Origin: Candidatus Bruticola sp.
Lineage (GTDB): Bacteria > Vulcanimicrobiota > Xenobia > Xenobiales > Xenobiaceae
Length of the DNA: 64,000 nucleotides
Direction: 5' to 3'
Assembly (NCBI GenBank): GCA_051874735.1
Contig: JBJEGD010000001.1
Coordinates: forward strand, 20,893-84,892
Made by a program: the position numbers and the translations under genes. The notes under the pieces were generated by a model that was not told the DNA's origin, did not search any database, and was given only the letters and a program-made list of their open reading frames with translations. This document shows positions 1 to 9,376 of this stretch, one piece after another; within the stretch, counting starts at the first letter, position 1; each line of letters begins with the position of its first letter.

Positions 1-292
1 GCGTCCTGCGTCAGCTCCGGCTCCGGCCATGCCTCCGCGTCCTGCGTCAGCTCCGACTCCGGCCATGCCTCCGCGTCCTGCGTCAGCTCCGACTCCAGCC
101 ATGCCTCCGCGTCCTGCGTCAGCTCCGACTCCAGCCATGCCTCAGCGTCCTGCAGCTGCTCCTGCTCCGGCCATGCCTCCGCGCCCTGCGTCATCTCCTG
201 CTCCGGCTATGCCTCCGCGTCCTGCAGCTGCTCCTGCTCCGGCCATACCTCCGCGCCCTGCGTCATCTCCTGCTCCAGCTATGCCTCCGCAG
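1..292 (+). repeat. 36-bp in-frame tandem repeat (about 8 copies visible, continues off the left edge)
   Basis: Unit ATGCCTCCGCGTCCTGCGTCAGCTCCGACTCCGGCC recurs with variants at 29, 65, 101, 137, 173, 209, 245 and 281 (partial). Confidence 0.95.
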
Positions 293-2584
293 CCCTCGGT
301 AGCTCTCACTCCCGATGCGTCCTTGCAGGAAGATGAACCCTCTTCTATTGTCTCTTCACTTGCAGCTTCAGGTTCTCATAGCGCCGAAAGTCTAGGATCA
401 GATTCTTTGGCTCCTGCTGAAAATAATTCTGTTGCTGAAGAAGCGAACGACAGCAGTGACTACACTTACCGGATCGGACGCCGCCGAGTCAGCGAAGAAG
501 AATTAGCCAGTTATCCTCCTTTGGGAGTAGAGCCTGTCTCCCTTAATAAGGAGCCAGAAGAGGATGAATCTAACGAGGTAGATCCTTTTAGTGATAATGT
601 TTTTGCACCTACTACACCTACCTATAGCAAGCGCAAAAGTTATACTGAGACAGTCGCTTCTTCTGTTATAGAGTCTGTCCCCGGTAGTATGAGTGAAATT
701 CAGCGCCTTTGGAATCGCTATTACAATTACATGGCTGATAACCTCAGCGCTGATATGGTAGAGGGGTTGGCAGATATCGGCAGCCGCAGTTGGACTTGCA
801 TCAGTAGCGATGTAGAAACTGTTATCTCTCAAGGTGATCCTTCATTAAAACTGGGACATGAGGCTGAGCCTATTTTGGCTCGCTTAGCTTCTGGGCAGTC
901 TTTAGAGTACGGCTGGCCCTTAGTAGCTATCGAAACTAATGAGGGAATGAGTGTAGCTCCCTTGCTGGTGGTTACTATTTCTCAGCCTCCTTACGAAGGT
1001 AACAGCGCTTTAGTGCTCAGCGAGCCTATCATTAATCCGGCTGTTTTGCGGGCGATTTGGTCACATAGTAGCGATGTAAATTTTCTGCGCTCTAGCTTTG
1101 GTGACGGCGTTCCTAAAGGGGCGTTGGCCATAAGCCGCTATGTGCAGCAAATTTGTGAAACCATGGGATTAACTACCTATGGTCTTGATCCTTTGAAGCT
1201 GGTGCGCGAATTGCCTACAGAGCCTGGTGTTTACAATATGGCTGTGTTGATGGTTACTAACCCCAGTGCTACGGCTCAGAGAACTATTGACGAACTAAGA
1301 GAAATTGCTCAGGTCAGTGATTGGGAGAACAGTGCGATTGCCTGCTTGTTCGGCGGCAAGCTCAACGATGTCGAGGGACACCAAACTATGCCGGTTATGC
1401 CTTGGTCTGCTGAGTCAGTTTTTGAAGATTCATTGCAGCTGATCCGGACTAAATCGCTCACTGTTTTTACCATGTCTCAGCGTGATATTATCGATCAGCT
1501 GATTGCCTCTGCCTGCGCTAACGCTTGGATTGATAACGAGTCGATCTTGGTGCTTTCCGACGACGACAAGCGTCTTGATGAAATTGTCAATTTATCTAGC
1601 GATGTCCATTCTGGCATGTTGGTGCGAACCTGCGTTGCCCAAGATTTAATTTCTAATCCTAAGCGCAAATGTCACAGTCTTTCTAACTTAGCTGAAATAT
1701 TGATCAACGAAGTTAAGGCTGCCAGTTCTTCTATTCGCCAGATTATTGGTAGGGCTTATAAAGACTTGGAAAAGGTCGAAGAGATACGCAAAGAAGCTTT
1801 GAAAGGGGCTGCTCACCGCAAAGTTTGGAGTGACAAAAAAATTCGCTGGGAAAGTAAACGTTTAGAAATTGCCAAGCGCATTTGGCAGCACGGTCTGTAC
1901 CCTCAGGGAACTGATCCTAAGGCTATAGGTTTGCAGGCTAAAGAGTTGGAAAAGGCCTGGATGCTCAAAGGGGTGCGTAGTGGTATGTTCCTCAAACAAA
2001 TTGGCGCTAAGGCAGGAGCCAATATTCAAGATGTGATCGATTGGGCTAACATATCTCTTCATATCAAGAATGCTGAAGCTGAGATTTCTAAGGTTAACGA
2101 TCCTGATAAATACAATGTTGGCTCGGCCAATTATCGTTGGGCTGCCAGTTGCATAGGGGCTGTTTCGGCTCGCGTATCAGGAGCTTTAACTGGCTGTGCC
2201 AACATTTTAGAGAGATTGGCAGAATGTACCGAGCGCGACGAAGATACTAAATCTATTGTAACTGAGTTAGTTCCTCATTTGAAAGCTTGGGCTTCGAATT
2301 ATTACGACGCCAACCAGTTCTTTGAGCTGCAGCCCAGCATGTTCGACACCGTCATTTTGGACAATGCTAACCAAATTAACTTGGCTTGGGCCCTTCCTTG
2401 GGCTTACCGGGCAAAGCGGTTAGTGGTTATAGGTAATCCGAATGGAATTCCTCCCAATGTATTTGTTGATGGAAGTCAGCTCAATATGACGGCTGCCAAT
2501 TACGGATTCGAACGCCAAGATCTTGTCGAGCGCGGTATTGAGTACGGTGCTTCCAGTGTGTTTAATGCGTTCAGTATGGCCTAA
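2..2584 (+). CDS. Pro/Ala-repeat protein with a degenerate SF1 (Upf1/DNA2-like AAA_11) helicase domain; 5' end lies outside the window
   Basis: The frame is open from the window edge. 12-aa PAMPPRPASAPT repeats and an acidic disordered linker precede the helicase-like segments 'LTVFTMSQRDIIDQLIASACANAWIDNESILVLS' and 'FDTVILDNANQINLAWALPWAYRAKRLVVIGNPNGIPP'. Confidence 0.7.
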   Translation, partial: RPASAPAPAMPPRPASAPTPAMPPRPASAPTPAMPPRPASAPTPAMPQRPAAAPAPAMPPRPASSPAPAMPPRPAAAPAPAIPPRPASSPAPAMPPQPSVALTPDASLQEDEPSSIVSSLAASGSHSAESLGSDSLAPAENNSVAEEANDSSDYTYRIGRRRVSEEELASYPPLGVEPVSLNKEPEEDESNEVDPFSDNVFAPTTPTYSKRKSYTETVASSVIESVPGSMSEIQRLWNRYYNYMADNLSADMVEGLADIGSRSWTCISSDVETVISQGDPSLKLGHEAEPILARLASGQSLEYGWPLVAIETNEGMSVAPLLVVTISQPPYEGNSALVLSEPIINPAVLRAIWSHSSDVNFLRSSFGDGVPKGALAISRYVQQICETMGLTTYGLDPLKLVRELPTEPGVYNMAVLMVTNPSATAQRTIDELREIAQVSDWENSAIACLFGGKLNDVEGHQTMPVMPWSAESVFEDSLQLIRTKSLTVFTMSQRDIIDQLIASACANAWIDNESILVLSDDDKRLDEIVNLSSDVHSGMLVRTCVAQDLISNPKRKCHSLSNLAEILINEVKAASSSIRQIIGRAYKDLEKVEEIRKEALKGAAHRKVWSDKKIRWESKRLEIAKRIWQHGLYPQGTDPKAIGLQAKELEKAWMLKGVRSGMFLKQIGAKAGANIQDVIDWANISLHIKNAEAEISKVNDPDKYNVGSANYRWAASCIGAVSARVSGALTGCANILERLAECTERDEDTKSIVTELVPHLKAWASNYYDANQFFELQPSMFDTVILDNANQINLAWALPWAYRAKRLVVIGNPNGIPPNVFVDGSQLNMTAANYGFERQDLVERGIEYGASSVFNAFSMA

Positions 2585-2610
2585 GTAGAATTACGTACTA
2601 AATAGGCAAG

Positions 2611-2651
2611 AGGAGCGTTCCCGCAGATATATCGGCAGCGCTCCTTTTTTT
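2611..2651 (+). terminator. Rho-independent terminator
   Basis: AGGAGCG...CGCTCCT stem followed by a T-run, just after the stop at 2584. Confidence 0.75.
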
Positions 2652-2667
2652 GCAGGTAAAAATCTTG

Positions 2668-3753
2668 ATGGATAATGTATATTGTAATTGCAATAAAATA
2701 AATGGCCCTTTCCATATTATAGGGGATTGTCATGGCTGTGCTGATGAGCTTGTTGAGCTGCTGGAAAAGATCGGCTATATTGTAAGTAGCGGAGGAGAAG
2801 TTTTGGCCGCCAAAGATAGCCCTTTAGCTGATTACAAATTAGTATTTGTAGGTGATTACTGCGATCGCGGCCCCAAGAGTGCCCAAGTTCTGCATATAAT
2901 TATGAAAGCTTGGAGTGACGGTTTCGCGTTTTTCCCTCAATCTGCAGAAATCCTCAGCCGATCATTAATTTATTCTTCTGAAGATGATCTTGAAGGGGCT
3001 TATCGTTTCAATGTAGGTGGCAGCTCAGAAAAAAGACAAGCTAAATTGGAAAAATGGCGCGGAGTCGAGGATTCTCTGCAGCAGAATTTAAGTGAACAAA
3101 CTAGTTTAACGCTCAAACAGGCTGCTGCTTGCGAGGGAGTGCGTTTAAAAAAATGGTTTAAAATTGATAAATCTCGCCCTTTGCAGCGCATTCCTATAAT
3201 AGCTGTGAAAGGCAATCACGATTTAAAGCTGGAAAAAATAATAGACGGGCGTAATGTACAGTTCGGTACTGATCAGGCTGCTACTATGCTCAGTTTAAGA
3301 GCTGCTTGGCAGGGAAGCTACCAATTCGCTGAGGGGCAAACTAGGGGCTATTTTCCTTTTTCTTTAGCTGAGTTGAGAACGTTTCTAGCCGAGATGCCTT
3401 GTTACATAACTTTAGAAGGGGGGAAGTTGCTCATTTCACATGCTGGCCTTTGTGAAGAGCTACAGGGAATAGCTAATAATAAAGCGGCCCATTTCTGTTT
3501 ATTCGGCGATACTGATGGCAAACTAGATAAAGAGGGACGGCCCATAAGGCGCCATTGGGAAAGAGAATATAACGGAAAAGTACAGGTTATCTACGGACAT
3601 ACCCCTGTAGAACTGCCGTCCGCTTGTGGGCTTACGGTCAATATCGATACCGGTTGTGTGTTTGGAGGCTCTCTGAGCGCCTATAGTTATCCTGAAGGGC
3701 AATACGTTTCGGTTAGTTGTCAGAAAGTTTATTTCAGACGTGAATTAGCTTAA
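2668..3753 (+). CDS. PrpE/Pnkp-phosphatase-like metallophosphoesterase with a large insertion
   Basis: Motifs GDCHG, GDYCDRG, GNHD, HAG, YGHTP and IDTGCVFGG. ATG 2668 is preferred because TTG 2650 lies in the terminator T-run. Confidence 0.85.
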   Translation: MDNVYCNCNKINGPFHIIGDCHGCADELVELLEKIGYIVSSGGEVLAAKDSPLADYKLVFVGDYCDRGPKSAQVLHIIMKAWSDGFAFFPQSAEILSRSLIYSSEDDLEGAYRFNVGGSSEKRQAKLEKWRGVEDSLQQNLSEQTSLTLKQAAACEGVRLKKWFKIDKSRPLQRIPIIAVKGNHDLKLEKIIDGRNVQFGTDQAATMLSLRAAWQGSYQFAEGQTRGYFPFSLAELRTFLAEMPCYITLEGGKLLISHAGLCEELQGIANNKAAHFCLFGDTDGKLDKEGRPIRRHWEREYNGKVQVIYGHTPVELPSACGLTVNIDTGCVFGGSLSAYSYPEGQYVSVSCQKVYFRRELA

Positions 3754-3841
3754 CGGTATAACTTCTGTTTCAAAACTAAAGGACAGCTGTAAATTTGGAA
3801 TAGCTTGTATTTTCCGTGCTTGAAATGAGCAGCGCAAAAAT

Positions 3842-4567
3842 ATGAATCATTCAACTATAGTCATTAGCGATCTTGTAGTTAAGGTTGTGCGCCGCCATAG
3901 GAAGCGCAGTGTGTTGCGTATTAAGCCTGTTAGTGGGGAGATCTGTATAAGCGCCTCTCCGGAACTTTCCGACAATCAGTTGCGCAGCTTTGTAGAAAGC
4001 CGCTTGGGCTGGATTCGCGCTCAACGTTTGCGCTGTCAAGATATGGCTCCCATATTTATTGCTGATGCAGACAACCCTAAAGAGAGTTTCTGCTTCATAT
4101 GGGGACGCCGTTATACTATCAAGGTTGTCTGCCAGTCTCTAGTTAATCGAGTTAGTGTTCCTGAAAAAGATTTTGTTTTAGCAGAAACTACTCAAAAAAA
4201 TTACTCAGTTGAACGACTTCAAGCTATGTTAAATAAGTTTTTGCGTCAGGAATTGCAAATTAAGCTTGATGAAGCCATTAAAAAAGGTCAGCAGATTACC
4301 GGTTTGACTGTCAATGAGTACCATATAAAAAAAATGGTAACTAAGTGGGGAACGTGCAATCCAGCAAAAAAGCGCATTTGGATTAGTACTATGTTGGTAC
4401 ACCGCGATCTGGAATGTCTGCAGTATGTGGTGCTGCATGAACTTACTCATCTTTTAGAAAGCCACCATAATAGCATTTTTTATAAATATATGGAGCAATT
4501 TTGTCCTAATTGGCGTCTTATAAAAGAGAGGCTCAAAGAACCCTTGAATACAGGCTGTATTTTATAA
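3842..4567 (+). CDS. YgjP/DUF45 (M48-like, SprT-related) zinc metallohydrolase
   Basis: KWGTC motif and 'YVVLHELTHLLESHH' HExxH motif. Confidence 0.9.
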   Translation: MNHSTIVISDLVVKVVRRHRKRSVLRIKPVSGEICISASPELSDNQLRSFVESRLGWIRAQRLRCQDMAPIFIADADNPKESFCFIWGRRYTIKVVCQSLVNRVSVPEKDFVLAETTQKNYSVERLQAMLNKFLRQELQIKLDEAIKKGQQITGLTVNEYHIKKMVTKWGTCNPAKKRIWISTMLVHRDLECLQYVVLHELTHLLESHHNSIFYKYMEQFCPNWRLIKERLKEPLNTGCIL

Positions 4568-4661
4568 AGATTTTAATAAAGACAGCTTAAGCTGCATATA
4601 ATAATTTTAGCTTTAGCTGTCTATCTTGTAAGTTTGTATATAAAAGAACGGAATACATAAT

Positions 4662-5993
4662 ATGGCTACATTTTCTATTTTGACTTTAGGCTGCCGAGCT
4701 AATCAATCTGATTCAGAACGTATCGGAGAAATTCTAAAATCTAATGGTTTTGTGCAGGTCCCTGCTAATGAACCGGCAGATTTAGGCATTGTTAATTCGT
4801 GCACGGTGACCGCTGAAGCGGATCGCAAAGCTGGACAGATGGTACGTAGGCTAAGTAAAGTTTGCTCTTTAGTAATGGTCACCGGATGTGGGGCTGCAGC
4901 TAAAGGCGGTTTAATAACTAAACGTATGTTGAACCATAATGTTATTGTGCTGCCTCCCAATAAAAGAGAACAAATACTTGAATATATACCAGTTATAGAT
5001 ATTAAAGATAAAGAACTATGCATAAATAATTCAATTGAAAATAATTGTATTAATAATAAGTGCGATAATTTTATTGAAACTATGCAGAATAGTGTAATGC
5101 ACAGAACGAGAGCTTTACTTAAAGTACAGGAAGGATGTAATCATATGTGCACTTTCTGTATTGTGCCTATGGTGCGTGGTCCACTAACTAGCTATCAACC
5201 TGAACAACTCATTACGCAGGTACATAAACTTTGCTCTGAAGGTTATAAAGAGATAGTTTTAACGGGGACACATTTAGCTCTATGGGGGCGTGATAGCTCT
5301 TCTAAGCGAAAAAGTCGTGAAGCTGGTCGTCCTGAACAAAATTTTGCCGATCTTTTAGAAGTGCTAATTAAGAACAGTGAAGGGGTGCGTTTCCGTATTA
5401 GTTCTATAGAACCTATGTCATTTCCAGAACGTATTATCGAGCTGATGATCTCATATCCGGAGCGTCTCTGTCCTCATCTTCATTTAGTAATTCAGCATGC
5501 CAGCGACAAAATTTTAGCGGCTATGCATCGAGATTACACTTTAGCTCAATATGATGCTCTCGCGGAAAAATTTCTGCATCAGGTTCCGGGGGCTTGTTTA
5601 ACTACTGATATTTTAGTTGGCTTTCCAGGTGAAACAGAGGAAGATATCGACATTTTAACTGGATATCTGCAGCGCCGCCGTTTTGCTCATTTGCATGTAT
5701 TTCCTTATTCTCGGCGCCAAGGTACAGCTGCTGCTGATTTCGCTAATCAGGTCGATGAACAGGTAAAGAAAGATAGAGTTCGTAAAATAATAAAACTGGG
5801 CGAGGAAAGTGCCCAAAATGTTTACGATTCATTTATCGGTACTTTAAGACCAGTTTTGGCTGAGAGGCCGTCTGCTCGTCCCGGATTTTTGTTAGGCACT
5901 GCCGATAACTTTTTAAATGTAGAATTCTCCGGTAATATATCCGATATAGGCAAAATAATGACAGTAGAAATTAGGAGGACTAATGAACTTTAG
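4662..5993 (+). CDS. mtaB: tRNA t6A37 methylthiotransferase MtaB
   Basis: TLGCRANQ, NSCTVT, VTGC; radical-SAM CNHMCTFC; TDILVGFPGE; HVFPYSRR; C-terminal TRAM-like region. Confidence 0.9.
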   Translation: MATFSILTLGCRANQSDSERIGEILKSNGFVQVPANEPADLGIVNSCTVTAEADRKAGQMVRRLSKVCSLVMVTGCGAAAKGGLITKRMLNHNVIVLPPNKREQILEYIPVIDIKDKELCINNSIENNCINNKCDNFIETMQNSVMHRTRALLKVQEGCNHMCTFCIVPMVRGPLTSYQPEQLITQVHKLCSEGYKEIVLTGTHLALWGRDSSSKRKSREAGRPEQNFADLLEVLIKNSEGVRFRISSIEPMSFPERIIELMISYPERLCPHLHLVIQHASDKILAAMHRDYTLAQYDALAEKFLHQVPGACLTTDILVGFPGETEEDIDILTGYLQRRRFAHLHVFPYSRRQGTAAADFANQVDEQVKKDRVRKIIKLGEESAQNVYDSFIGTLRPVLAERPSARPGFLLGTADNFLNVEFSGNISDIGKIMTVEIRRTNEL

Positions 5994-7398
5994 GCGCACT
6001 AAAATTGTAGCTACTATTGGGCCAGCTTCTCAAGATAAACAGATGCTTGATAAGCTTGTTAAGACTGGAATGAATGTCGCCCGCTTAAATTTCTCTCACG
6101 GAACTCACCAAAGTCACCAGGAATTATATAATAATCTGCGTGAAGTTGGCCGCCAAAACGACGTTTTTATTACCGTGCTGCAAGATCTGTGCGGTCCTAA
6201 AATTCGTTTGGGCACTATTAAAGAAGGCAGTGTGATGGAAGTTGGTCAGACTTGCATTTTTACTGCAGAAGAAATTGAAGGTGATGCTCATGTTATGCAC
6301 GTTTCTTACCCTCGTTTGGCTGAAGAGGTAAAGCCGGGTAGTCTGATTCTGCTCGATGATGGCTCTCTGCAGTGTCGTGTTGAAGAAGTAAAAGGGGGGA
6401 AGGTTTACGCTAAAGTTTTAGTAGGCGGTCCTGTCAGTTCCCATAAGGGCGTAAATTTACCCGGTACGAAACTCTCTATTCCGTCTTTAACTGAGAAAGA
6501 CGCCGACGATTTGCGCTTCGGTTTAAAGATGGGCGTCGACTATGTAGCCATGTCGTTCGTGCGCAGCCCTCGCGATATCGAACCTGCCCGCCGCATTATG
6601 GATGAAGTTGGCATACATCGCCCTATCATTGCCAAAATAGAGAAGCCTGAAGCTTTAGATTGTATTGAAGAAATAATTAATGCCTTCGACGGTATTATGG
6701 TAGCTAGAGGCGATCTTGGCGTAGAAATGCCCATCGACGATATTCCTATCGTCCAGAAGCGCTTAATAAAATTGGCTAGAGAGCAGTATAAACCAGTTAT
6801 TTGTGCTACCCAAATGCTCGATTCCATGATTCGCAATCCGCGTCCAACTAGGGCAGAAGTTACAGATATTGCTAATGCAATTTTTGACGGAGTAGATGCG
6901 GTTATGCTGTCTGGTGAAACCGCTTCTGGAGCTTATCCTGAAGAAGCTGTTTCAGTAATGGCCAGTGTGGCTTTAAAAGCGGAAGAATACCTGCCTTACG
7001 ACAAAATTTTTACCTTAGACATAGGCAAAGAAGAACGTCCCAGATTGGGCTGCGATATCGCTCTGAGCGCCTGCGAAATTGCCGAAGCTTCTGAAGCTAA
7101 AGCTATTTTAGCTTGCACCTCTGAAGGGCGCACTGCTCGATTTATTTCTCATTTCCGTCCGCGCACTCCAGTTTTAGGTGTAGCCTACGATATAACGGTA
7201 GCTAGACAGATGAATCTTCTTTTCGGTGTAGTTCCTGCTTTAGTAAAAAAATCAGATACTATAAGCGGAATGTTTATGAATTCTGTTACTGAGGCTCTGC
7301 GCCGCAGATTTGTATATAAAGGAGATAAGGCCATTGTTGTAGCCGGTTTCCCTCCTGGTGAGCCTACTAACTGCATTTTTGTCAACACTGTTAAATAA
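5983..7398 (+). CDS. pyk: Pyruvate kinase
   Basis: RTKIVATIGPAS, RLNFSHG, IAKIE, MVARGDLGVE, ATQMLDSM, MLSGETA; AGGAGG RBS. Confidence 0.98.
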   Translation: MNFRRTKIVATIGPASQDKQMLDKLVKTGMNVARLNFSHGTHQSHQELYNNLREVGRQNDVFITVLQDLCGPKIRLGTIKEGSVMEVGQTCIFTAEEIEGDAHVMHVSYPRLAEEVKPGSLILLDDGSLQCRVEEVKGGKVYAKVLVGGPVSSHKGVNLPGTKLSIPSLTEKDADDLRFGLKMGVDYVAMSFVRSPRDIEPARRIMDEVGIHRPIIAKIEKPEALDCIEEIINAFDGIMVARGDLGVEMPIDDIPIVQKRLIKLAREQYKPVICATQMLDSMIRNPRPTRAEVTDIANAIFDGVDAVMLSGETASGAYPEEAVSVMASVALKAEEYLPYDKIFTLDIGKEERPRLGCDIALSACEIAEASEAKAILACTSEGRTARFISHFRPRTPVLGVAYDITVARQMNLLFGVVPALVKKSDTISGMFMNSVTEALRRRFVYKGDKAIVVAGFPPGEPTNCIFVNTVK

Positions 7399-7411
7399 AG
7401 TTGGCTTGAAC

Positions 7412-7460
7412 AAAAAAAAGCCCCCGGCTTCTTAGCAGCAACTAAGCCGGGGGCTTCCTT
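7412..7460. terminator. Bidirectional terminator between convergent genes
   Basis: A-run, then AAGCCCCCGGCTT...AAGCCGGGGGCTT. Confidence 0.8.
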
Positions 7461-7502
7461 CTGTATAGTTATAATATCGGTCTTAGTCACTTGACCAACA
7501 AG

Positions 7503-7967
7503 CTATTTCTGCTCAGCTTTAGCCTTCAAGATAGTTTTTACCTTGCTGACTAGATGAACGCTGGTTTTTTCAGGGTTATCTTCATATACCTCTATATAAT
7601 CCAACTGCTTAGTGGCTCCCAAATAAGCGATATAACGTATCTGTTCAGCGCTTAAAATTTTATCGACAGCTTCTGTAAAAGTGTTGCTCGAGCTTTGAGC
7701 GTTTTTTATTTTGTATAAATAAGGTAATAACTGAGCTGCTTTAGCGCTGTCGAGTTTGTTTTCAGTCGTTTGCATAAGGGCTAACGCTTCTAGAGTTTTG
7801 TATAGCTGCCCGCCCTTTTGACTGACGAATTGAGGAGCACTCAAAGAGGTCATTTTGTCATTTACTTTTAAATTGCTGCGAAGTTCGGGCTGTTGAGGAA
7901 AAGAGGGAACGGCCGTTAAGCTGATCCAAATTACCAAGGCAAATAAAAGAGAATTTAATCGTTCCAT
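7503..7967 (-). CDS. Hypothetical exported helical protein
   Basis: N-terminal hydrophobic signal-like segment; 'ILSAEQ' LTxxQ-like motif. Confidence 0.6.
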   Translation of the reverse strand: MERLNSLLFALVIWISLTAVPSFPQQPELRSNLKVNDKMTSLSAPQFVSQKGGQLYKTLEALALMQTTENKLDSAKAAQLLPYLYKIKNAQSSSNTFTEAVDKILSAEQIRYIAYLGATKQLDYIEVYEDNPEKTSVHLVSKVKTILKAKAEQK

Positions 7968-7989
7968 CAAAGAAATTATAACACTACGT

Positions 7990-8037
7990 AAAAAATTGGG
8001 CAGACCACCCGCCCACGATGGGGTGGGAACGTCTGCC
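7990..8037 (-). terminator. Rho-independent terminator after the TPR gene
   Basis: GGCAGAC...GTCTGCC stem with a T-run on the minus strand. Confidence 0.6.
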
Positions 8038-8054
8038 TGCAGGATAAGGTTAAA

Positions 8055-9182
8055 CTATTTATTAAGCTTAGAAGCGATGCGGGCTAAATCCATCTCAGCC
8101 ATACTATGAGAACTGTTTAAAGATTGGCATTTCATAAAATGGGATTGAGCTGTTTTTAGATCGGCCAGATTATGGTTAAGATCGTAAAGTCTTTCATAAC
8201 AACAGCCTAAGTAATGTTCTATGTCGGCATTTTGGCCGCCGAATCCTTTGGCAGCTGCTTTAAAGCTCATAATGGCACTTTCAAGATCGCCATTGCGGTA
8301 AGAGATAAAACCGGCTCCAGTTAGAGCTTGCGGGGCCTCAGGATTGAGTTTCAAAGCCTGAGCGTAAAGATCTTGGGCTTTACTTATGCTGCCGACTTTA
8401 AGCGCTTCATCACCTTGAGCGGCCAAGGATATAGCTTTGCTGCTGTCTGAAGTGGCAATCGGCAGATCAGACATATTGCCAATGGGAATACCGGAGTAGT
8501 CGGAACTGTTTTTGGGCACAAAAGTGGCTTTAGCTAAAGCTGATTCAATTTTAGCCAGTTCCTGCTTGGCCATATCGTGTTTGGAGTCTAGCTTAATGCA
8601 TTCTCTTAAGTGATCGCGGGCCATTTCTATCTCAGAGCGCTCTAGTTCTAAAAGCGACATTCTGTAATAACATTCCGCTCGGCGATAATTCTTTTTAGCC
8701 AAGTCTTGATAAATAGGGTAGCAATCAATATTATTGCCGGCATCTTGAAGGACAGACGCTTTATAGAACAGAGCTTCCTTATTATCCGGTTCTAAAATGC
8801 AGACATTATTTATCAGATCGAGAGACATAGAAAAGTTGCCCAACTTGCGGAAAAGCTGAGACATCTGCATACGGTAATCCGTTTTGCGCCCAACTACCTG
8901 ACCAGCCAAATCACCCACATAGGCGAAGCGCACGGCATCTTCTACCTGGCCGTTGTCGATACTCCATTTTATGCGGGCTTCGACGCGTTCAAAAAAGCTT
9001 TTATCAATCAGTTTGGTATTTTCTTTGAGAACTGAGGACCAGGCTTCCACAGGAGCGGAAAACACTCGGCGCAGCATTAAAACTTGAGAAGCTTCGTCGG
9101 CAGCTTGAACAGGAGTGCCCAAGCTGAGAGACGCTCCTAATAAAGCGGCTGCCGCCAAGCTGGTTAAAAAACGTTTACTCAT
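8055..9182 (-). CDS. Secreted TPR-repeat protein
   Basis: Signal peptide ending VQA; several TPR-like helical pairs (e.g. AQDLYAQALKLNPEAPQA); GAGGAG RBS. Confidence 0.8.
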   Translation of the reverse strand: MSKRFLTSLAAAALLGASLSLGTPVQAADEASQVLMLRRVFSAPVEAWSSVLKENTKLIDKSFFERVEARIKWSIDNGQVEDAVRFAYVGDLAGQVVGRKTDYRMQMSQLFRKLGNFSMSLDLINNVCILEPDNKEALFYKASVLQDAGNNIDCYPIYQDLAKKNYRRAECYYRMSLLELERSEIEMARDHLRECIKLDSKHDMAKQELAKIESALAKATFVPKNSSDYSGIPIGNMSDLPIATSDSSKAISLAAQGDEALKVGSISKAQDLYAQALKLNPEAPQALTGAGFISYRNGDLESAIMSFKAAAKGFGGQNADIEHYLGCCYERLYDLNHNLADLKTAQSHFMKCQSLNSSHSMAEMDLARIASKLNK

Positions 9183-9376
9183 AGTGCTCCTCGCATTAGA
9201 GGCTGTATTGCTGACAGCCTCTTTTAACCTAAATAGATCAAAAAAAATACTATACTTTTCAGCTGCTCAATTTCTCCTTATAAGCATTCCCTTCCTACCT
9301 AAAGTGGAACTGCGCTTGGAGCAGAAGTTTGACTACTCTCAAATTGACGGCCGAATCGGAGAAAAGGTACAAATAA

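Noticed and set aside
1-292. 36-bp periodicity suggestive of a CRISPR array
   Set aside because: The units are contiguous with no unique spacers, are in frame within a CDS, and there are no cas genes.
467-496. YRIG..RVSE resembles YRLG....RVSE in the AroQ tail (47142-47177)
   Set aside because: Too short and gapped within low-complexity sequence to distinguish from chance.
2-4567. Helicase-like + phosphoesterase + YgjP as a possible defence operon
   Set aside because: A terminator separates the first two genes, the helicase motifs are dead, and there is no nuclease, methylase or mobility gene; the linkage is unsupported.
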